DNA of 64,000 nt from Atractiella rhizophila (GCA_021432655.1 MU271433.1:1-64000); one strand, 5' to 3'. Counted from the stretch's first letter, positions 51,050 through 64,000 are shown. Notes: generated by a model not told the origin, from the letters alone. Numbers and translations are program-made.

Positions 51050-53276
51050 ATGGCCCTGCGCCACCCTAGTGACCGCTTCCGGCACGCGCTCATCTCGCCC
51101 ACTTCCACAATCCCCCACTTGAACCGTCTGGCGGAGAAGCTGGAGAATGGAATCGAGAATCCGGATTTTGAACGAAAGACGAGTTTGGCACTGGCTGTCG
51201 AGCATGGACGGTTAGATGTTGCTAGGTGGTTGTTGGAGATTGGACATGAGGATAGGGAGATTAGTAGGGTATGTCGATCATTTCAATTGCAGGCAGAAGG
51301 AAGGTGGTTCTGTGTTCGACATTTGCCTGTCAATCGTCTTTTTCGCTGCTTTTGTGGCGTACGTGCTCGACAGATGATACTCTGATGCCATTACTCTGTC
51401 TGCTGTAGCTAACGCCTACATACTGGTGATGCGTCGACTTTTCACATGCTATGCCAAGCTTCCTGCCTAGGTTGTATGAGCGAATTTTAGCTCAAGAACA
51501 GGTTGAATGTGCATCAGAGTCTGTGGACTTAACATGCTGACGTTGAATATGCTACACAGGACTTCGAGAACAACACCATCCTGCACATTGCGGCCGCGCA
51601 CGATCAACTGGATATCATCGAGCTCTACGTATCCTTCTTCCCGTCCGTGACCTCTGTCGCTTCGCATTTTTCCATCTCTAATGCACAAGTAGATATGTGC
51701 TCGACTGGTCCAACTCCCGTGGCTTTACCCCTCTGCACGTTGCTTGTCAGAAGGGAAAGACGGAATGTGCCGCCATCTTGTTGGATTTAGGTGCGGACAT
51801 TGACCTGCCAGATTCGAAGGGGAACACCCCACTGCATCAGTAAGGTTTTGTCTCAGCATACGGAGAATGAGGAACTAATTGGAGGATTGTTGGACAGTGC
51901 GAGCATGTGGGGACATTTACCCGTGAGTTTATTTAAGGCGAAAGGAGAATGGGCTAATGGAGCATTCTCACAGATTGTGAAACTTTTGATTGAGCGTGGA
52001 TGCTCCTTCGCTTCTAAAAACAATGATCATTTCACTGCTTCAGAATACGCGTATTCGTTCGTCTTTTCAGCCTCTTATAAGATAATTTAACTAACGAAAC
52101 TTCTGACCATGGGATAGGTTTGAGGTCATGAACAAGCTACAAGAATACGGAAGGGCATACTTTGAATCCTCGAAACGTCAGCGAAAGCAGAAGCATCGAG
52201 ATCGGGAGCGAGAAAAAAGTGACCGTCCAGCCGGGAGCAGCCGTTCGCACAGACTGGGAAATTCGGCATCGTCCAACACGCTTAACAGTGGGTTCGTGAA
52301 CGGGGCAGAGGACGATAGCGCCTCCATCGTCACTACACGGGAGGTATTCAAAGGGCGGTTGAGGAAGGAGAGTGGGTCCACGGTCGACAATACCATCGGC
52401 AGCGGCATTGGAAGCTCTGTAATGAGCTCTGGACTGTCCGGCAGATCTGGTTCGTTATCTATCAATGGTACTTCCCCGCCGGTAGCGAGCGCCAATCTCC
52501 CCTCTTCTGCCTCGATCGCCGGCTCCCTTGCTGCTTCATCGACGGTGGTCGCATCTCCAATGCCCCGTCCAGCTCCACTGCTGACCGCCATATCGACTCT
52601 CAACGGTCCCATACCGGCGCCATCCCTTTCCCCCGCTTCGATAAGTAGTGTTCGAAAAACGTTGAATCGAGATCAACAAGCCATGGCGGTCTTCAAAGCG
52701 GACGTGGGAAGATCAAATAGCGTCACTCCCCTCCGCTCGAACTCGGCTCTAGACGATGGATACTTAGAAGACGATGTACTCGGTACTCCCACGGCTGCCT
52801 CTCCTCCAGTCGCTCCGCTCGTCGGAAGCCTCCGCTCAAAGCTCCCACTACGCTCCAGATCCGTTTCCAACTCCACTGTTTCCAGTGGAGAGACACCATC
52901 CATTTCAAGTGCCAAGGCGTCAGCAGCTGCCAGTTTGAGGAAGGTCAAAGCCAACGTTCTCGAAGGGATACATCGACACACACGCTCTTCATCAGGTTCA
53001 TCGACCAAACCGCCACCTCCGTTATCAGGCAAGACTCTGTCACACTCGACCTCTCTCCAATCCCTCACCCCTTCCACGCCGAATGGGAAAATCAACGCGG
53101 CCGTCGCTCCTCTCAACGTACTAGGGAGAAATATGGCTCCTCCAAAGCCGCCGCCAGAGAGCGAGAAGCCGAAGGGAAGGAGCAGGGCAGACAGTCAGGA
53201 TGAGCTGGGGAAAAGGTTAGGCGTCGTACCGAAAGAGGATAGTGGCTTTGCGCCGAGACCGCCAGCGAAGGATTGA
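51050..53276 (+). CDS. Ankyrin-repeat protein, TORC2 subunit Avo2-like
   Basis: PSDRFRHA, TSLALAVEHG, GHEDREISR|DFENNTILHIAA, GFTPLHVAC, GNTPLH, WGHL, TASEYAYS, then a long Ser-rich tail. Confidence 0.75.
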
Positions 53277-53651
53277 TTAGGGAGATTTTGGATTTCAGTA
53301 CTTTTGTTGTTGTGTTGTATACGGTGTTGATCTGGATCAGACGCAGTTTGTCATCTTATCATTCGCATTCGGACAGCTGCTACCAGGAATATTATTTGAT
53401 GCTTTATCTCATGTTAGAGCGCTAGCATGATCAATCATCGCTGGAAATGTATAGCTTTGCCTATGGCTGGTGCTCAACTCCAGGTAAGGATGCACTCTGG
53501 GTAATAGACGGCTAACCAATGTCACGTGATTCAACATTATTCGTGTTGACTCCACGCAACGATCACCTACTTCTCTGTTGCTTTTCTGTGCCGGATCGCT
53601 GAGGATCTTTGCGAACCCCTTTCAGCAGAGACCTAAAATACTGGGAGGAGT

Positions 53652-55298
53652 ATGGGAAAGCATGGACTGTCGGTTGGATTGATTGGGATGGGGGACATGG
53701 GGAGAATGTATGCGTCGCGACTACTTGCAGCAGACGAGTCTTCAATGTGCGCCAGTTACTACCTATTTTTGTATCTGAAGATTCCGAGATGACATTGTTT
53801 GGAGACCAGCATAAACGTCTGTGATGTTCCGGAACGATATGAATCGTTGAAGAAGGAGTTTGAAAGTCAGTCGACGCCATCCCTTGCGTTCGGTTCTGAG
53901 TGAGGAAGCTCATTCTGAGTCGATGAAGATTCAAAACTTAACGTATTGAAGACGGGACATCATGTTTCGCGATCGAGCGATTTCATCATCTATTCGGTTC
54001 CTGCTGAGCACATTGACAAGATCATTGCAGAGTATGGACCCTGTAAGCTGCATCATCTTTATGTTTAGGCTAAGCTGATAGGACTCGGTAGCTACCAAAA
54101 TTGGCGCGATTGTAGCGGGACAAACATCGACGAAAGCTCCCGAGAAAGCGGCTTTCGACAAATACCTTCCTGAGGATGTGAGCATCGTCTCCATCCACTC
54201 TTTACATGGGCCCCAGGTTCCGCCAGATGGTCAACCTTTGGTTGGTCATTTCTCTCTCCCTCAGCTATCACTCATTGGCGAGATTGATCCGCTATAGGTC
54301 ATAATCAAATATCGAGCTGCAGATGAGCATGTGAAGATTGTTGAAGAGATTTTAGCGCCGCTGAAGAGTCGATATGTGTATTTGAGCTACGAAGAGCACG
54401 ATCAAGTAACTGCGAACACGCAGGCTGTAACGCATGCAGCCTTCTTGAGGTGCGTCCACGGTCCCTTTGCAGTCCATGCAACCGGTCTCACCGAGATCCA
54501 TTCTGTGCGGATAAAAGCATGGGTACGGCGTGGAACAACATGAATCGTTTCCCTTGGGATACCGGAAGGTACACAAAAGGGATAGAGATAGCAAAAATCA
54601 ACATTACGCTCCGCATCTATTCGTCGAAATGGCATGTCTACGCAGGTCTCGCGATCCTCAACCCGTCCGCAAAAGTGCAGATCGACTGTTTTGCCCATTG
54701 TGTATCCGACCTCTTCAAGCTCATGATCGAGGAACGGGAAGGGGACCTACGGAAACGAATGTATGACGCGAGGGATGGGGTTTTTGGGAGGCCAGGGGAC
54801 GAATCAGAGGGTAAAAATCGATCTCCGATCCTGCTGAGTGACGAGGTGTTGAATCAGTTCTCGATCGGCGAGCCTCCGAATGAATCCACTCCTCAACCGC
54901 CACCCAACTCACATCTCGCCCTCCTTGCCATGGTCGACTGTTGGCACACTCTGAAAATCAACCCCTACCACCACCTTGCGATCGCGGCTACGCCTCTGTT
55001 TCGTGTTTGGATCGGAGTGGCTGAATACCTCTTCAGGGATCAAGACAGATTGGATGCAGCCATACATGCCGCGTTGTGGGATAAGAGTCACAGGAGCGAT
55101 GATGCCGAGTTTATGTTGGCTGCGAGAGGATGGAGCCAGTGTGTGTCCTATGGGGATTTTAAGTGGTACAAACATCGGTTCGAAGAGACGGCAAGGTTCT
55201 TTGAGCCTCGCTTTGAGGAGGGGAAGAAGGTGGCTGCTAAATTGTTGCAGGTCATTATGGATCAGGAGAAGGAGAGATCAGCAGCTCGAGAAAACTGA
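53652..55298 (+). CDS. TYR1: Prephenate dehydrogenase (NADP+)
   Basis: VGLIGMGDMGRMYA, VSRSSDFIIYSV, GQTSTKAPE, HSLHGP, EHDQVTANTQAVTHAAFL, KWHVYAGLAILNP. Confidence 0.94.
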
Positions 55299-55314
55299 GC
55301 GCGAGATGTTGTTG

Positions 55315-56841
55315 TTATGAACGGTAATCGGCATTGATGCTTATGTATTCCTGTATCCACATACCATGTCAGTCGTGTGCCGTTCACAGTTGACACTCAA
55401 GGGAAGGTGCACGCACATGAGTTAAGTCGCAAGTCCAATAGCATCCAGACTGAGACCCTACACCCATATCGACTCTGATCTCCACTTCCTCCTCGTCCAA
55501 CAAAAGCTTTGCCTCCTCCTCGCTCCAATCCGTCGGCTGTCCCTTCCGCAACATCTCCACGCGTCTCCTCCCTCCCTCGCCCGACACGAGAGAGACGGAG
55601 ATTCTGTCGATGTCCGGAGTGGTCCCTGTGCGAGAGTTCCCGACTGCACAGAGGATGCGTCCCCAGTTAGCGTCACGTCCGTAAATTGCAGTTTTGACGA
55701 GTGGGGAGATGGCGATCGCTTTGGCTATTGCGTGAGCTTCTTCGGCTGAGTTCCAATTCTATGGACGCAAGACCTCAGTGTTCTCTCTCTCGGTGGAGGG
55801 AAGGAGGGATGTACAGACCTCGACTGAGACCTTGATGAGTTTGGTAGCACCTTCCCCATCGCGCACTACTAACTTTGCCATCTCTAGCATGATCTCCTCC
55901 AAGTTGTTACGGAGAAGAAGCTCGTCCTCGCTCCCCACTTTGAAGGCTGCTCCGCCAGAAGCTCCATTGGCGAGAAGGAGGATGGAGTCGTTGGTGGACG
56001 TGTCCCCATCGACGGATATGTTGTTGAACGATCCCTTGATACCTCCATCCAAGACCTGCCGAAGGAGAGCGGAAGGTACTGGAGCGTCCGTGAGGAAGAC
56101 TCCGAGAAGGGTTGCGTGGAGTTGTTTTTTGTTGACAGAGGGAGAAGAAAGACCAGAGGTGACGAGGGATGGATGCATCATCCCTGCTCCCTTCACGATC
56201 CCCAACACGCTCCGCTTCTTCCCATCGGACGAGGTCCAGGATCGACTTCGAAGTTTCGGGAAGGTGTCTGTGGTCATGAAAGCCTTTGAAGCGTTGGTCC
56301 AAGAGTCGAAATCGTTCCTGAGATTGTCGAAAAGGACCGGGATAGATCCTACCACCTTATCGATGGGCAATCGCTGACCTATCACTCCGGTAGACATCAC
56401 CAAACTCCCCATCCCATCCAGTCGTCCATCTACAGCCTCGACCTCTCTCCTCGCATCTTCCATCCCCCCTGTCCCGGTGACAGAGTTCGCGCATCCGCTA
56501 TTGACCAACACAGCGCCGATGCCTTCCCCACCTCTCTCCCCAAGGACCTCCTCGCACACTTGCACTGGCGCAGCACGAAAGTAGTTCTGAGTGAATGAAC
56601 CTGCAGCGGCACATGGAACGGAGGACTGTAGCAGGCAGAGGTCTAGTGCGCTTGGAGACTTCTTGATTCCACTGTGCATGGAGGAGGCACGGAAGCCAAC
56701 TGGCACATGAAGAGGCGTGGTTGGGGCAAGGGTGAAGCGTTCGATCTTGGAGGAGTTGGACCCGTTAGACAAGAGCGTGGATGTCGTGCTGAAAAACCGA
56801 ACAGCAGCTGGACGACGTAACAGACGGCTGACGGCAGGCAT
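55315..56841 (-). CDS. ARG7: Bifunctional ornithine acetyltransferase / N-acetylglutamate synthase (ArgJ family), mitochondrial
   Basis: VNSGCAN, MSTGVIGQRL, MTTDTFPK, KGAGMMHP...HATLLG, SVDGDTSTND, VRDGEGATK, DANWGRI, WTCDLTH|EYISINADYRS*. Confidence 0.95.
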
Positions 56842-57334
56842 GTTGATTGACACGCTGGCGTGCTGAGAAAATATTCCTTTTATATTTTTCTGTAAACTTC
56901 TATTTCAAATTCAAGACTCGATCGATATTGGGAGAAAGTAGGGCACGTGACCCTTTCTCTGTTATTTCGCTGTGCTGTGAACAAAAGCCCTATTAAACAT
57001 TTGCTGTGTTGTCTGAGCGCTACCTAATTTACTGTGATGCTGGGTCGATCTCAGGTTGGACTGTAACGGAAGACAGACAATAGGGTTCTTCCCGCCATTC
57101 CTCTGCTTGCGGTTCTATTACCGTCTTCTTCCTGTGAGTGTCTCGTCGCACAGAAAACTTGCTAAGTAAAGCTTACATATCACTCTAAACAAGTGTTGGT
57201 GCGAACAAAGCACCATACGCGACTTCGCTGGAGCGCGCCGCCGTGTCAACGAGTATATAAGCGGGAGGATTGTGCAGTCTCCATCATCGATTAACGATTC
57301 ATTATCGCAGCGTCCAAAGAACAAAAGAAACAAG

Positions 57335-58549
57335 ATGACCTCTTCCTCGCGCCTCATAGCGATCGTAGGCATCACTGGCTCACAAGGTGGCTCTGTCTTT
57401 CGCGCCTTACAGGAGTCCTCGCTCCCGTACAGAATCAGAGGTTTCACGCGAGATACGACCAAACCCTCTAGCCAAGCACTGAGCAAACAGGGTGTGGAGA
57501 TGGTACAGTTGGATATTGTGCCTGGGAAGGAGAAGGAGGTGACAGAGGCCTTTCGCGGTGCAGACGTTGTCTTTGTGAGCTTTTTCCACCTCCTATCTTG
57601 TTCAGGTGAAAGTGCTTGCTGACAATATGGATGGAGTAGGGGATGACAAATTTCTGGGACGGTTTCTCATTGGAGAAGGTGAGTTCTCTCGCTTCCAATA
57701 TCACACAGACTAAATTTGACGATTGAACTCCAGGAAATCGCACAAGGAAAGCTTATGGTAGACTCCGCCATCTCAGCCGGTGTCTCGCTCTTCATCTTCT
57801 CCGGACTCGAATCCCCAACGAAAGTGAGCAGAGGAAAGTATTCCAACAACCTCCCTCTAGAAGGGAAAGCGGCCGTCGCCGAATACGCACTCTCCAAAGC
57901 CAAAACTTCGCCTTCTTTCAAGGTGAAAATCGTCCAGCCAGGAATTTACGCACAGAACTTTCTGGGAGGAAGATTCGACCTCAAACTGGATAAAGACACC
58001 GGCAAGGTGATTTTGACCACTGACGCGGCCGAGGAAATGGTCATGCCCATCCTTGATGTCGAAGACTATGGACTTTGGGTCAGGGCTGCGATCGAGGAAG
58101 AAGAAGCGTATCCGAGCGGGAGCTCGTTGTACACTTTCGGAGAGCAGATCGCTATAGGGGTAATGTTGAAACAATTCGGCGCATGTGCGTCTATCCCTCT
58201 TATTACATTTCTTATTACATTATAAATCAATGAATGCTCGACAGTGCTGGGATACGAAACCGTCTTCAACCACGTAGACCCGAAAGTCGCACCATGGTAC
58301 AACTTCTTTCCGGCTCACGTCCAGCCTTCTCTAAGAGAAAGGTTCGCCCAAGTCGCAGAATTCGGTTGTACGTCTCCCTCTTCTTCTTTCACTCGAGTCG
58401 ATCTTATTCTTGACAACGTTCCGTTCCTTCTAGACTTTGGGAAGTGTGACACTTCTCGCACACACGATCATCTGGCTAGGAAGCCTCTGACTTGGAGGCA
58501 ATATGTCGAGAAACACAAAGCGACATTTGACGCCTTGATCAAGAAATAG
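57335..58549 (+). CDS. NmrA-like atypical SDR (NAD(P)-binding) protein
   Basis: IAIVGITGSQGGSV, RGFTRD, AFRGADVVF|GMTNFW, EIAQGKLMVDSA. Confidence 0.88.
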
Positions 58550-59249
58550 CTAAGCTCCCTGTCAAATTCCGTTACGAAATGTTTATGATCATGTCAAGAA
58601 AACTCCTCTGAATTGGCAATGCATATGAATGAAACTCGAAAGTGCTGAGCCTAGCCGATAAAGCGTCTCGTTTACGGCATTTCTCATACAATGACTAACG
58701 GTATACGAAGGGCCAGGTAGAGGCTAGATAGTTTTATGTACTATTGATTGACGCGCTCCACTCTCTATACAGACTACACACGCTCCTTTATGCTGGCACA
58801 AGCATAAGCAAGACTTATCTCATACTGACATACTAAAGGATAGGAAAGGTGGATAAGGCAAGATAGGATAAGGGAGAATGTTGGCGGGAGTATAGGTTGG
58901 GGGAGAAGAAAGCAAAGTAAGGGATGGTAATACAACAACAGCCTCAATGTATACGAAGAAAGAATCCCTCTTTCACACCTTCGACCTTCCAAACCATTGC
59001 ACTGCTCCTCCTCCACTTCTAACCGCACAAAGGGAAAGAAGCAAAGAATGGACGACAGAAACAAGAGGAGGAGAGTCGAAAGCTATACCTTATGTGGCTT
59101 GAGAAAAGGACTGACAGAAATATGTTGGCAAGGAAAGGAATGAGTGGACCAAGAAGAAAGTGACGGTGGACGAAAGTCGAAGGTTATCCCGGTGGCCAGC
59201 GAGAGGAAGAAGGATCGTACCGCAGGGAGCGTTTCGTTGATCGTCGGAT

Positions 59250-59839
59250 TCACTGACAGAGTTCCATCCCCTTCTCCAGTGCCCCACGCTCCATTGCCAG
59301 CATCTGCTTGTCGATCGAGAGCGAGAAACCAGGGGAGTGGAATCCGCCGGAAGAGAGATGCTGATGCTGGAGTTGTTGAGGTTGAGGAGAAGAAGGGACG
59401 GAAGTCGGGTTCAATACTTTTTGCAACACTTCGTCCGCCTCCAGCATCTTCATCCCTCCGATCAAAACTACCTCTTCTCCTTCATGCCCTTCGTTCACGA
59501 TTGGTTCTCCGTCGCATCCTCCTTCGTCGTCCGAATCTTCCAGGTCCGATCTCTTCCTCTTCATTCCACAAATCGCTCGTTTGTTGGACGGCAAAGTGGA
59601 TTCGTCGGAGGAGGCGGAGGAGGAGGAGGATATGGATTGGAGGGAGGAGCGCTTTTCGAGGAGGATGAGTCGTTCCTGAGAGGCGAAGAAGGAGGATAGA
59701 GCAAGGAGTTCGGACGGAGGTAGAAGAGAGGAGGTCTGACAGGCAGGAGCAAGCAAGGGATCGAAATTAGTGAAACTGCGTTGTGAAGTCAACAAGGGAT
59801 GGGTGGGCTCACGATGCTGGTCGTCAAAGGAGGAGACAT
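59250..59839 (-). CDS. Hypothetical low-complexity protein
   Basis: ATG 59839 (MSPPLTTSI) with a GTGAGC donor, CTAAT branch and CAG acceptor in phase into ORF 59250..59795. Contains KRKR and an acidic patch. Confidence 0.5.
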
Positions 59840-60448
59840 CCTTTTTCTTTTCTTTTCGCTTTGAATTTGAACTACTATAGAGAAGAGAATGGCAGCCTAG
59901 CTAGCTAGCTCGATCGTCAAACGAGTGCCTGGTGATGTGCAAGTTGTTTGACTTTGGCAGTCAACTCGAAAGTCGTCCAGCGGGGAAATCTCAGTGAAGA
60001 GATGAACTTCTTTGGCCAGAGAGAGGATAAAGGTGGTTTAAAACGGTGTAATAGGGTCGTAGCGAGCGGAACGTAGACGAGAGGTGGGAAGTGCGTCGAG
60101 GTATTATTGAGTAAGAATTTCGACCAGAAAGACGGCGAGCTGACTTGTCGGTCCGGCCCACCCAAACTTTCACGATATCGGCCTGACCTGAGAGCTTGGT
60201 TTGGCGTGTTGGAGTGAGCGTGAGTGGAAGGGTCCCCCCCAATCGTTGGGAGCTTTTGAGGCGAACTTGACTTGACTTGGTCGTTTTGCTGTGATGCTCC
60301 CGAAGCGACGAACAACGACACCTTGTTCTGCTGCGCACACACGGACGCAGACACACCCAGCGTTTTCAGCCTGTGCTTTGTCCTGATTAGCCAATCTTGC
60401 ATCTTAGCTTAGGAGTCCGACCATCACACTTGTGCAGACTCTCCCAGC

Positions 60449-62829
60449 ATGCAGGCACCAACGATTGCCCCGTCGACGTCAGCGCCAGAGCGTCCCATGA
60501 ATGCGCCATCAGCGTCCCAGTCCACCTCCGCCAGCTCCGCATGCACCACCCCTTCCGCGTCCACTTCGGGCCTCTCCAGACCAACACTCTACAATCGCCA
60601 GCGGGGCTTCTCAGAACTAGTCTTCCCGCGCCCCGAACTCCCCATCACGACCTCCAACCTCTTATCGAGCGAGAGGGAAGGCCAGAAAACGGTCAGGCTG
60701 CTCTTGGGTGGCAATTTCAAAGGTGGGAGCAGGGAGAGTGCGGAGAGCGGGTGTGGGAATGAGAAGTGGAGAATGGAACAGGTGAAGGAGGATGAAGATG
60801 TCGCTGGATCGAGATCGAGGGATGGACCCGAACTCCTCGTTTGGGGATTCGAGCTCCGTGAGTGCCAGTCCTTCTTGTTTGGGGCAGGCAAGCGTGTTCT
60901 TGCCTAATCAGTCGCTTCGGCTTTGTTGTGCCGATTTCATGCCCTCTTTTCTTCAACATTGAGTCGCATGGAGGGTTTGATGATGCTGTATCCTCTAATT
61001 GTCTATTGAAGGCATTAATGTCCTTCACTTACTTCCCTCGGTTAGCACTATCTCCTCTATTTCGTTCGAGATCCGTTCATTACCTGAACATCCTACGCGT
61101 CGCGTAAGACCATCCCGGTGTTGATTGAGGCTGCAGTCGATACATCAACCCAGTGACGGTTATTATTCTCGACTCCGTTTCGGTCGCTGGTATTGTCCAT
61201 CACTGACCCAGTCGCATAAACGACTCACTTCGTGGGCGGCACTTTTCAGAAAGAATTGCCTATTGCCAGTGGAAAGTGACCAGCCACGTTGTTTCACTTG
61301 CTGGTCGGCGTCTGCCATTCCACCAATCAGAAGGAACACCTTTTAGATTTGGTCGGTAATTAGCAACAACCCTCGCACACCATTGGCTTGTCTACGCCGC
61401 TATCTCTAGATAGAGAAATTTCTGGGATTGATCAGGAATCTGTACTTCCCTTCTGGCCAGCATCCCAAATCTCCATCTTTAGCATGACAGCTCCAGTTTC
61501 ATTATTCACGTCACCTTCTCGCCTTGTTACTCCTCAAAGGATTGTTCCACATGTCCCACATCTGTTCACTGTGATTAAGTACGAATCAAGGAGCAAAAGT
61601 CACCCAAGTGCTTAGTCGGGCTCGTTATAGCTGTCGTCCTAACTTAACTACCCTTCATACAACTTGATGCCATCCTCTCGTCTCAACATGCATGGTCATT
61701 ATACTGAACCTTGAAACTACAGCTGCCTCTCAACAAATCCTCTCCCGCACACGACTACTCTCCTTCAAGCTGCCCCTCCTTCCCGTCCTCATCATCCCAC
61801 CGAGCGAGATGCACAAGAAGACCGGCGCAGCGGTCGATGCTCTCGAGTGCCAATTGAAAGCTGCAGGCATTCGCTTCGTGAAATTCGACCAGGAGAGGAT
61901 ACCGGTTATGGAAGAAAGTAGGGACGTCACGGAAACGTTAGAGCAGATAGTGAAGGGCGAGGTTTGGGAGGAGAAGGTGGAGAGGGTTCGGAAGGAGGGT
62001 ATTCGGCTTTGGAGCGAGTGGATGGAAGTGGATATGGCTGCTAGAGGTGTGTGGGACGATTTGGAGAGGGATGTGGACGATGGTCGGTCTTTCTGTTCTT
62101 ATTCCTTTCATCGTGACGCTGAGATGCCTTGGGGAAGGTGGCGTTGCTTCTTTCCACGTTAGTCGACATGATCAAGAACGCTGGTTGGACTTTTCGAGAC
62201 GAGTGGCAGAACGTCGTACCGAGCTTTTGTTAACTGGTGATGACACCCTCACACAGTCCAGGACGTTAGGCTCGACTCAAGAGAACTGGCGAGAAGTCGT
62301 CGAACGATGGAGACGAGCTGGTGGGCCTGCTCATCCCAAATCAGAAGAAGACAACTGGTCAAGTCAAGAAGAAGGCGTCGTCTCCGACCTGTCCTCTCTC
62401 ACTCTAGACGAGGAGTCTGAAAAAGACAAGGAGCTGGCCTACCTCGAAGACCTCTATCTTGATCCTTTCCATTTTCCATCCCTCCTTCGTCTAGGTCTCA
62501 ATATCTTCACTTCCATGCTACGAAGTTGGCGTTTCACAATGTTCGGTCGTCGTCCCCATACTTTATCACCCGACATTCGTTCCACGGTCCAATCGCTCCA
62601 ATCTACCATAACGATGACCAAGGACGACGAGAAATCCTACCTTGAGCCTGACGACTCTCAACCGGACCAAAGTGCGTGCGAGGATAGACCAGCCATAAAG
62701 AAGATTTCTTTGACTGGCGCTTTTCTTGCTTGCGCAGCTGCTTATGCCATCGGATGGCTGGTCGGTAGTGGTAGTTTGGAGCGTGTGGTTAGTGCCTGCA
62801 TTGGATCTAGAACTTGTCAGGGCACTTGA
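60449..62829 (+). CDS. Hypothetical protein with DPFHFPSLL motif and C-terminal hydrophobic tail anchor; middle exons unresolved
   Basis: ORFs 60449..60907, 61692..62162 and 62047..62829 are linked by plausible splice sites (GTGAGT at 60858; CAG at 61722). C-terminal LTGAFLACAAAYAIGWLVG. Confidence 0.55.
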
Positions 62830-63174
62830 ACACGATTTTTCTTCACGAGTTGCAAATTGTACGAACGTAAGTCGCTGTTGCTCGCTTCGGTTGTAAAGGG
62901 TTATGCGATTGTTGTATTCATCCTTGTAATTTTATCACTGACAATGCAGGATCCGTCCATGTCCATAGGAGCATCGCAGACCAACTGTTTGCACGGTTTC
63001 AGTAACTACCTAATTATATAGGAACAAGTGATACTGAACACTACTAAACTGACTGCAAAAGTGTGGATGGAGATAAAAGAAACTCAAGAACCCGAAATTG
63101 AGTAAGTTACACGGAAGAAAAGGCCCAAAATGAGAGTTTATGATGCAAAAAGAATAAGGAATATGCAAGAAGAG

Positions 63175-64000
63175 TTATGTTAGCGAAGAAGAAGAAGCTC
63201 GGATGATCTCGTGTCTTCGAAGCTCGTGCTTCCTTTCTTCCACCTGCTGCCAGAACTGATATCGCGGTCTATTGTACCAAATATCCTTCTCTCTTCCTTT
63301 CATGTTAGGTCCCATTTCCTCACTGGAACCGTGAAGATGGAAAGGACTAAGTTCCTTAGGAAAGCTTCCTTCGTGACGGTGATTGGTCACTTCTTTCTCG
63401 TGAACGTCTTTCAGGAGGGCGAGGAACTCGATGGCAGAACGCTGGAACTGGAAAGTAGCGAGAATAGGGTCGAGCTGTGCCGTCCATGCTCGTTAGCTAG
63501 AACGGAAAGAGGGAGAGAAGGGGCAAAGTACATGACGCTCGACTAGATCCCAAACGTCGTCAGGCTCCGGACGAGGAGGTTCTTCATCTTCCTCCCACGC
63601 CACCGCAGGGTCCATTGTCTTCTGAAGAGCTACCAAACTGGCGTCTCCATCAACAGTCTCCATATCGTCTGTAGGCTCTGGTATCTCTGCACTGACACCG
63701 AGCCACCACTCCCAGAGGTCCAGCCGCTGACGGTCAATTTGTGTCCTGATTGTTTGTTTACTCAGCACCAGTGTAACAGGGAAGACATGCAGACCGACGC
63801 TTTGATGATCCTACTGAATCTTTGAAAGTTGAAGAATGCCACATTGTCCCTCATGACATTCTCCAAGTTCCCATGCACGTCTCCACAATCGAAATGTGAG
63901 GAATGAGCCTTGACATAAGACCAAGGCAGAAGAGGCGATCGAACATCAATGATACCTTCCCACCCCAGAAACTCCTTCTTCGCCTCCTCTTTCAGAGCAA
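63175..64000 (-). CDS. C-terminal part of a conserved fungal protein, possibly Mug65/Spo73-like (truncated by the window end)
   Basis: Spliced reading ...LPWSYVK...QIDRQRLDLWEWWLG...DDVWDLVERH|LDPILATFQFQRSAIEFL. The resemblance to the 'RIDREK...F.FQ.SR' tail of that family is from memory only. Confidence 0.45.

Noticed and set aside
53325..53345. TGATCTGGAT resembling part of a fungal TPP riboswitch
   Set aside because: Lacks the CTGAGA and ATAATNCCAGCG elements, and is not in a thiamine-related gene.
37772..58549. Possible metabolic or secondary-metabolite gene cluster (AKR, ADH, nitrilase, NmrA, TYR1, ARG7)
   Set aside because: No backbone enzyme, cluster transcription factor or shared pathway; the genes are interspersed with unrelated housekeeping genes.
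59897..59910. (CTAG)n palindromic microsatellite; also (TTGG)n near 5117-5136
   Set aside because: Simple short repeats with no evidence of function.

Overview
This is a gene-dense, intron-rich eukaryotic window, inferred to be from a basidiomycete fungus (possibly Pucciniomycotina, judged from short ~45-65 nt introns with GTNNGT donors and basidiomycete-like protein sequences). About 29 protein-coding genes can be assembled by hand. Most are housekeeping genes: a secreted GH18 ENGase-like gene (truncated), a BAG-domain protein, an HCNGP/SAP30BP-like gene, a CCCH zinc-finger gene, an NPF/proline-rich adaptor, an aquaglyceroporin, PRI1, KGD2, UBC4, HIR1, VPS16, a tandem hotdog acyl-CoA thioesterase, an XPT1/HPT1-like gene, an Xaa-Pro aminopeptidase, an ARA2-like aldo-keto reductase, HEM14, RIT1, a PalI/Sur7-like membrane protein, a Zn-dependent ADH, NIT2, an AVO2-like ankyrin protein, TYR1, ARG7, an NmrA-like gene and several orphans. 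I recognised no rRNA, tRNA, CRISPR array or intact transposon, and no clearly new multi-gene system. The best leads are at the RNA-processing and regulatory level: (i) a RIT1 intron that only works with a GA donor; (ii) an apparent frameshift in essential PRI1; (iii) an orphan gene with several S/T-P sites behind a dense ACGCGT (MCB) cluster; (iv) several unusually long, self-complementary introns; and (v) GC-AG introns, microexons and a 16-bp tail-to-tail gap between TYR1 and ARG7. Gene spans include introns. All splice models and homologies are manual readings from recalled motifs, not database results.
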